From Alphaproteobacteria bacterium (GTDB taxonomy: Bacteria > Pseudomonadota > Alphaproteobacteria > UBA828): DNA of 64,000 nt. The stretch spans positions 1 to 64,000 of the forward strand of contig CBDCRW010000006.1 of the NCBI GenBank assembly GCA_965221125.1, in the 5' to 3' direction. Positions within the stretch are counted from its first letter, which is position 1, and the number at the start of each line of letters is the position of its first letter. The notes below the pieces were generated by a model, which saw nothing but the letters and a program-made list of their open reading frames with translations, was not told the origin of the DNA and made no database searches. Shown piece by piece: positions 57,926 through 64,000 of the stretch. A program made the translations under genes and the position numbers.

Positions 57926-58815
57926 AGTGCCGCCGATGCCGCAGAGGCGGTCGGCGTGCCGCGCGCCACCCTCTATCGCTGGGCGAAGCGCCCGGAGCCC
58001 GGCTCGCGCCGGCCCCACCGGCTGCGCCGGCCGACCTGGTCGCCGGCGCTGGTGGAGGCGGTCGAGGCCATGCGCCGCGACTATCCGATGTGGGGCAAGG
58101 CCAAGCTGGTCGTCCTGTTGCGCCGCGAGGGCTGGGTCGTCTCGGAGAGCACCGTAGGCCGCATCCTGGCGATGCTGGTCGCCCGAGGCCGGGTCGTGCC
58201 CGTGCCCACCCTGCGCCGCCGCCGCCATGGCGTCCGCCGCAAGCGGCCCCACGCCAGGCGCCTGCCCAAGGGCCTGAGGCCGAGCCGGCCCGGCGAGATC
58301 GTCCAGCTCGACACGCTCAGCGTCTCTCTCGGCGCAGAGCGGCGCACACTCAAGCAGTTCACCGCCTGCGATCCGCTCGCCAAGTGGACCTGCGCCCAAG
58401 CCTTCCGACGCGCCAGCGCGCACAACGCCAAGAACTTCCTCGACAAGCTCCAGGCCGACATGCCCTTCCCCATCCAGGCCATCCAGGTCGATGGCGGATC
58501 GGAGTTCAAGGCCGACTTCGAGGCCGAATGCGCGCGGCGCGGCATCGCCCTCTACGAGCTGCCGCCCCGCACGCCCGAACTCAACGGCCATGTCGAGCGC
58601 AACAACGGCGCCTGGCGCTACGAGTTCTACGCTACCTGGGAGCTGCCCAGCGACAGCCTCAAGGACATCAACCGATGGATCGACGCCTTCGCCGACGAGT
58701 TCAACAGCTTCAGGCCACACCACGCCCTTGGCGGACAAACACCAGCCGAATACCTTGCTCAGATCACAGCCAACGAAACCCAGCCGTCTCATAAGCCCTG
58801 AACTAGGACACGCCA

Positions 58816-58844
58816 TTGTATCGGCCGGCTCGGCACACTATGAT
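58816..58844 (+). promoter_or_regulatory. Putative sigma-70 promoter of rne
   Basis: TTGTAT-N17-TATGAT about 320 nt upstream of the rne start, consistent with a long rne 5' UTR. Confidence 0.65.
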
Positions 58845-59164
58845 ACAGGTGCGAACCGGAAATGGACGGACCGCGTCGCACCGCGCACTCGATGATGGCG
58901 AGGGCGGCGGCCTCCCGGCAAGAATTGCCCGGCGGCAGCGGTTGCGTCCAGTGATTCCACACCTCGAAACCACGGAACGAGTCCGATGCGGCAGCCGCCA
59001 CCCATCGAGCCGACCGACCCCGCCGTGACGCGGCCCGTCGCGAGACGGGATCGCCACGCGCCGGCCGGCGGCCGCTTCTCGGCGCGGCGCCGCATCGCGT
59101 TCCCGCGGACGCGCTTACCGGAGGCGAAGCCCTCCGCGCGCTCCCGGACGGAGAATATTCAGGA

Positions 59165-61786
59165 ATGGCCAAACGTATGCTCATCGATGCCAGCCACGCG
59201 GAAGAGACCCGCGTGGTCGTGGCGGACGGAACGCGACTAGAAGAGTTCGACTTCGAATCGGCTGCGCGGAAGCAGCTCAAGGGAAATGTCTATCTGGCCA
59301 AGGTGATGCGCGTGGAGCCCTCGCTCCAGGCGGCGTTCGTCGACTATGGCGGCAATCGCCACGGCTTCCTTCCCTTCAACGAGATCCATCCCGACTACTA
59401 CCAGATCCCGGTCGCGGACCGGGAGGCGCTCTACGCCGAGCAGGCGGAGGCGGACGAGACCGACGAGCCGGCCCTGGCCCAGACGGCCGTACCGGCGGAG
59501 AACGGCTCAGGCGACGAGGCGCCGCCCGATGGCGACGTCCAACCGGACGGGGCGGAGGCTCCGCACTCTGCCGAGGCGGCAAACGACGCCGGGAGCGGCG
59601 GCAGCGGCGACGACGGTGCGGCCGAGGCCGGCGCTGCCGAGCCCGGCAGTACCGGCGAGGGCGACAGCGCTGCCAACGGCGACGGCGGCGATGTGGAGGT
59701 CATGGGCGGCGACGAGATGGACGACCTGGAACGCCGCCGGCTCCAGGCCAGCCGCTCGCTGCTCAGCCGCCGCTATCGCATTCAGGAAGTGATCAGGAAG
59801 CGCCAGATCCTTCTGGTGCAGGTGGTCAAGGAGGAGCGCGGCAACAAGGGCGCGGCGCTCACCACCTACCTCTCCCTCGCCGGGCGCTACATCGTGCTCA
59901 TGCCCAACGCGATCCGGGGCGGGGGCATCTCGCGCAAGATCGTCAACGCCGACGACCGCCGGCGCCTCAAGAAGATCATGAACGACCTCGATATCCCGGC
60001 GCGCATGGCGGTCATCGTGCGCACGGCGGGGCTGTCGCGGTCCAAGACCGAGATCAGGCGCGACCTGGAATACCTGGTGCGCCGCTGGCAGAACATCCGC
60101 GACCTCACGATGGAATCGATGGCGCCCTGCGTGATCAACGAGGAGGCCAACCTGATCCGCCGCTCGATCCGCGATCTCTACACGCGCGACATCGAGCAGA
60201 TCCTGATCGAGGGCGACGAGGGCTACAAGACCGCCAAGGGCTTCATGAAGACCATGATCCCGAGCCACGCCGCGCGGGTAAGACCCTATCGGGACCGGAT
60301 TCCGCTCTTCGTCCGCTACCAGATCGAGAGCCAGCTCGATTCCATGTACGGGCCGGAGCTGCAGCTCAAGTCGGGCGGCTACCTGGTCATCAACCCGACC
60401 GAGGCGCTGGTCGCGATCGACGTGAACTCGGGCCGGGCGACCAAGGAGCGCACGATCGAGGAAACCGCGCTCAGGACCAACCTGGAGGCGGCGGAGGAGA
60501 TCGCGCGTCAGCTTCGGCTGCGCGACCTCGCCGGGCTGATCGTCATCGACTTCATCGACATGGACGAGAACCGCAACCAGCGGGCGGTGGAGCGCAAGCT
60601 CAAGGAGGCGATGCGGGTCGACCGCGCGCGCATCCGCATGGGCCGGATCAGCCCCTTCGGGCTGATGGAGCTCTCGCGCCAGCGGCTGCGCCCGAGCCTG
60701 GTGGAAGCCAGCATGGAGCGGTGTACGAGCTGCGGCGGCACCGGCGTCCGGCGCTCGGTGGAATCGTCGGCGGTCCACGCGCTCCGCGCCATCGAGGAAG
60801 AAGGGCTGCAGGGGCGGAGCGCCGAGATCCTGCTGCGTGTGCCGGCGGCGGTCGGCCTCTACATCCTCAACCGCAAGCGCCGCATGCTGGAGGACATCGA
60901 GCAGCGCTACGAGTTCGCCGTGAGCTTCGAGCAGGACGACAGCCTCGTGCCGCCGAGCTACGCGATCGAGCGCATCGCGGCGCGGACCGCGCCGGTCGAG
61001 GAGGCGGCCGAGGAGGACGCGGTCGAGGCGGCACCGGCCGAGCCCGAGACCAAGGCGGAGGCTGCGGAACCGGCCAAGAGGCGCAGGCGCAGGCGGCGCA
61101 AGCCGCGCGCCGAGGCGACGGAGGCAGCCGAGGCCGGCGCCGCTGCCGCCGAGCCGAAGCAGGCTCAGGCGGAAAGTCAGGCGGAAGAGGAGCCGGAAGA
61201 CGCAGCCGCCGCAGGGGACGGCAAGGCCGAAGAGGCCCCCCGCGCCAAGCGCCGCCGCCGCGGCCGGCGGGGCGGTCGCGGCCGCGCCTCGAAGCAGCAG
61301 GAGCAGCAGGAGACGCCGCGCGAGAGCCCGGCCGAGGGCGCTGCAGAGGAGGCGCCGCCTGCCCCGCTCGCGGCTGCGGAAGACGAGCTGCCGGCGCCCG
61401 AGAGCGAGCCCCCGGCGAGCGCTGCAGAGCCCGATGCCGACGGCGCGGCCGACCCCGCAGACGGTGCGATCCCGCCGGCGGAGGAAGCGGCCGAGCCCGC
61501 TCCGGTCGAGGCGGACGTCCTGCCCGGCCCGATGCCTGCGCCCGAATTAGTGGTCACCCCGGAGGCGGATGCCGACGACGGTGCGGAGGCGCGCGGCGAG
61601 CCTGCAGAGGCGCTACCCGCCGAGGTGGCGGTCCCGGCCGCTCCGGTGAGCGCGGAGCAGGACGACGTTACGCCGGCCGGCGGCGACCAAGAGGCGCATG
61701 GCGAGGAGACCGCGCCGGCGGCGCTGCCGGACGACAGGCCGCGCCGGCGCGGCTGGTGGCAGCGGATCGCCTCGACGTCGCGCTAA
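59165..61786 (+). CDS. rne: Ribonuclease E
   Basis: MLIDASHAEETRV, VEPSLQAAFV, IDVNSG, DFIDM, Zn-link CTSCGG, acidic S1 insert, Arg-rich disordered CTD and terminal GWW motif. Confidence 0.95.
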   Translation: MAKRMLIDASHAEETRVVVADGTRLEEFDFESAARKQLKGNVYLAKVMRVEPSLQAAFVDYGGNRHGFLPFNEIHPDYYQIPVADREALYAEQAEADETDEPALAQTAVPAENGSGDEAPPDGDVQPDGAEAPHSAEAANDAGSGGSGDDGAAEAGAAEPGSTGEGDSAANGDGGDVEVMGGDEMDDLERRRLQASRSLLSRRYRIQEVIRKRQILLVQVVKEERGNKGAALTTYLSLAGRYIVLMPNAIRGGGISRKIVNADDRRRLKKIMNDLDIPARMAVIVRTAGLSRSKTEIRRDLEYLVRRWQNIRDLTMESMAPCVINEEANLIRRSIRDLYTRDIEQILIEGDEGYKTAKGFMKTMIPSHAARVRPYRDRIPLFVRYQIESQLDSMYGPELQLKSGGYLVINPTEALVAIDVNSGRATKERTIEETALRTNLEAAEEIARQLRLRDLAGLIVIDFIDMDENRNQRAVERKLKEAMRVDRARIRMGRISPFGLMELSRQRLRPSLVEASMERCTSCGGTGVRRSVESSAVHALRAIEEEGLQGRSAEILLRVPAAVGLYILNRKRRMLEDIEQRYEFAVSFEQDDSLVPPSYAIERIAARTAPVEEAAEEDAVEAAPAEPETKAEAAEPAKRRRRRRRKPRAEATEAAEAGAAAAEPKQAQAESQAEEEPEDAAAAGDGKAEEAPRAKRRRRGRRGGRGRASKQQEQQETPRESPAEGAAEEAPPAPLAAAEDELPAPESEPPASAAEPDADGAADPADGAIPPAEEAAEPAPVEADVLPGPMPAPELVVTPEADADDGAEARGEPAEALPAEVAVPAAPVSAEQDDVTPAGGDQEAHGEETAPAALPDDRPRRRGWWQRIASTSR

Positions 61787-61805
61787 CGGGTCAGATTCAG
61801 GCGGC

Positions 61806-62948
61806 CTACCTGAGCCAGCGCTGGAGGGCGGCGCAGGCGCCTTCCACCTCTTCCGTGGCGCCCGCGTAGGAGAAGCGGACGAAGGCGCGGCCACGCTCGG
61901 TGTCGAAATCGATGCCGGGCGTCGCCGCGACCCCGCACTCGGCCAGCATGCGCTGGCAGAAGGCCTCACTGTCGTCGGTCAGGCCGGAGACGTCGGCATA
62001 GGCGTAGAAGGCGCCGTCGCAGGGCGCGAGCGCGCCGAAGCCGGCAGCCGGAAACGCCTGCTGGACGATGCTGCGGTTGCGGGCGTAGCGCGCCACGTTG
62101 GCCTCCAGCTCGTCCCGGCAATCGAACGCGACGAGCGCGGCCCGCTGCGAGAGCGCGGGCGGCGAGATGAAGAGGTTCTGCGTGAGCCGCTCCACCGCCC
62201 GCGCGAGGTCCTCGGGCACGAGCATCCAGCCGAGCCGCCAGCCGGTCATCGCGAAATACTTCGAGAAGCCGTTGATCACGACCGCGCTGCGCGAGAAAGC
62301 GGCGGCGCTGGCTGCAGGCTCGCCGTAGGTGATGCCGTGGTAGATCTCGTCCGAGACCACGCGGATTCCCCGTTGCTCGCAGTGGGCCGCCAGCGCCGCC
62401 AGCATGCGGCGCGACAGCATGGTCCCGGTCGGGTTGGAAGGGCTGGCTATGATCAGGCCTTGGATCGGCTGCTCCAGCGCCTCAAGCATGGCTACCGTCG
62501 GCTGAAAGCGGGTCTCCGCCGTGGTCGGCAGCGGCACCGGCTCGAGCCCGAGCGCCTGCAGCGTGTTGCGGTAGGCCGGATAGCCGGGGTTGGCGAGCGC
62601 GATGCGATCGCCCACGTCGAAGGCGGCGAGGAAGGCGAGAATGAGCCCGGCCGAGCCCCCGGTGGTGACGACGATGCGGTCCGCAGACGGGGCGAAGCCG
62701 TAGCGTTCGTCATAGAGGGCGGCGATGCGCTGGCGGAGCAGCAGCACGCCGTGGGCCTCGGTGTAGCCGATCTTCTCGGCCCCGAGCGCGGCCCGTGCTG
62801 CGTCGAGGACGGGCTTGGGCGCGCCCGAGCCGGGCTCGCCGGTTTCCATGTGAAAGACCCGCGCGCCCTCGGCCGCGCGTTCCGTCGCGGCCTTGAGGAT
62901 TTCCATCGCGAAGAAGGGCGCGACCTCCGCGCGCCGGGATGCACCCAT
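61806..62948 (-). CDS. Class I/II PLP aminotransferase
   Basis: SPSNPTG, SDEIYHG and FSKYFAMTGWRLGW; usual neighbour of rne. Confidence 0.92.
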   Translation of the reverse strand: MGASRRAEVAPFFAMEILKAATERAAEGARVFHMETGEPGSGAPKPVLDAARAALGAEKIGYTEAHGVLLLRQRIAALYDERYGFAPSADRIVVTTGGSAGLILAFLAAFDVGDRIALANPGYPAYRNTLQALGLEPVPLPTTAETRFQPTVAMLEALEQPIQGLIIASPSNPTGTMLSRRMLAALAAHCEQRGIRVVSDEIYHGITYGEPAASAAAFSRSAVVINGFSKYFAMTGWRLGWMLVPEDLARAVERLTQNLFISPPALSQRAALVAFDCRDELEANVARYARNRSIVQQAFPAAGFGALAPCDGAFYAYADVSGLTDDSEAFCQRMLAECGVAATPGIDFDTERGRAFVRFSYAGATEEVEGACAALQRWLR

Positions 62949-63063
62949 TGCCGGGTCCTAGAGCGCAGGCAGCGGCGCAGTCGCCACGAATACGTGAAGG
63001 GCCGTGCATTGACGCAAGCGCGCGAGCGGCATATCCAGACGCGAACCCCTTGGACTGTGAGCG

Positions 63064-64000
63064 TTGGCCATCCGTCTTGCACGCGCCGCTGCACTCGCCT
63101 GCGTAACGCTCGCCTCGATCCTGGCAGCGGCGACGCAGGCGCAGAGCATGTCGCTGATCCGCGACGCCGAAATCGAAGATACCATCCGCTCCTATGCCGC
63201 GCCACTGCTGGAGGCTTCGGGCCTGGGCGAGGGCGCGGTCAAGCTGCACATCGTCAACGACCCCAGCATCAACGCCTTCGTCGCCGGCGGCCCCAACCTC
63301 TTCCTCTCGAGCGGCATGCTGTCGGCCTCCGAGGAACCGGGCGAGATCATCGGCGTCATCGCGCACGAGATCGGCCACATCGCCGGCGGCCACCTGGTGC
63401 GCACGCGCGATGCCATGGAGAACGCATCCACCGAGATGATCCTGGCGACCGTGCTCGCGGCCGGCGCCATCGTCGCCGGCCAGGGCGAGGTGGGCAGCGC
63501 CGTCCTGAGCGGCGGCCAGGCGATGGCGCAGCAGTCGTTCCTCCGCTACAGCCGGGCGCAGGAGGAGGCCGCCGATCAGGCCGCCATCCGCCTCCTGGAC
63601 AAGACGGGACAGTCCGCCGAGGGCCTGCTGCGCATGTTCGAGAGGCTGGAGGAGCGCGAGCGGCTCTCCCTCGGCAATGCGAACAGCTACGCGCGCACCC
63701 ACCCGCTCACGCGCGAGCGCGTCCGCTTCGTCCGCGACCATGTGGCTGAGGCGGAGGGGGCCGTGAACGAAACGCCGGAAGCGGCGCGCCTCGCCCATCG
63801 CCGGATGGTGGCGAAGCTCAAGGGCTTCCTCGATGAGCCGGAGGAGACGTTCCGCGTCTATCCGGCCGAGGACCGGTCGCTCGACGCGCGCTACGCCCGC
63901 GCGATCGCCTACTACCGGATTCCCGACCTGCATGGCGCGCTCGAGACCCTCGACGCGCTGCTAGCGGACCACCCCGACGACCCCTGGTTCCACGAGCTCA
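63064..64000 (+). CDS. M48 metalloprotease (BepA/YfgC-like), 3' end off window
   Basis: TTG start and signal peptide; LIRDAEIE, INAF, HEIGH, QEEAAD and THP. Confidence 0.9.
   Translation, partial: MAIRLARAAALACVTLASILAAATQAQSMSLIRDAEIEDTIRSYAAPLLEASGLGEGAVKLHIVNDPSINAFVAGGPNLFLSSGMLSASEEPGEIIGVIAHEIGHIAGGHLVRTRDAMENASTEMILATVLAAGAIVAGQGEVGSAVLSGGQAMAQQSFLRYSRAQEEAADQAAIRLLDKTGQSAEGLLRMFERLEERERLSLGNANSYARTHPLTRERVRFVRDHVAEAEGAVNETPEAARLAHRRMVAKLKGFLDEPEETFRVYPAEDRSLDARYARAIAYYRIPDLHGALETLDALLADHPDDPWFHEL

Larger units (their letters stand above)
53156..58801 (+). pseudogene. IS481 transposase of copy 2, split by the 4.6-kb transposon
   Basis: 53156-53304 and 57931-58801 join to match the copy-1 transposase. 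Confidence 0.9.
50958..58810 (+). mobile_element. IS481-family element, copy 2, carrying two nested insertions (7853 bp in total)
   Basis: IRL TGACCGAGTTCAGAGAGATATGAGACGG; IRR (reverse complement) TGTCCTAGTTCAGGGCTTATGAGACGG; 5-bp TSD CGCCA at 50953-50957 and 58811-58815. Confidence 0.9.

Noticed and set aside
61000-61786. Low-complexity Ala/Glu/Pro and Arg tracts in rne, and acidic tracts in cobT and grpE
   Set aside because: Expected disordered regions of these proteins, not DNA repeat elements.

Overview
High-GC alphaproteobacterial chromosome segment; gene content and order suggest Rhodospirillales. The backbone is housekeeping and metabolic: cobST, pccBA, acs, creatinase, ggt, a Liv-type ABC transporter, gmhBA, a heat-shock cluster (CIRCE-groES-groEL and hrcA-grpE-dnaK-dnaJ), rne, a PLP aminotransferase and a BepA-like M48 protease. 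Four short AT-richer islets interrupt it: a small basic ORF; DUF1902 plus an IS256-broken HEPN-like gene; DUF262 plus HEPN; and an unknown protein plus PIN. The most striking structure lies between hrcA and rne. It is a 1127-bp IS481-type element (5-bp TSD; near-identical intact copy at the window start) that has been hit by two others. The first is a 2090-bp ISAs1 element (10-bp TSD) whose transposase is fused to a DUF4338/Mom-like domain. The second is a 4621-bp TGT...ACA transposon (5-bp TSD, repeated subterminal sites) encoding a Cys/His-rich protein, a Mu/TnsB-like DDE transposase, an ExeA/TnsC-like AAA+ ATPase and an extra RecA-fold (AAA_25/RepA-like) ATPase with a C-terminal HTH. That four-gene transposon is my best candidate for an uncharacterised system. 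All family calls come from motif recognition by eye; no database searches were run.
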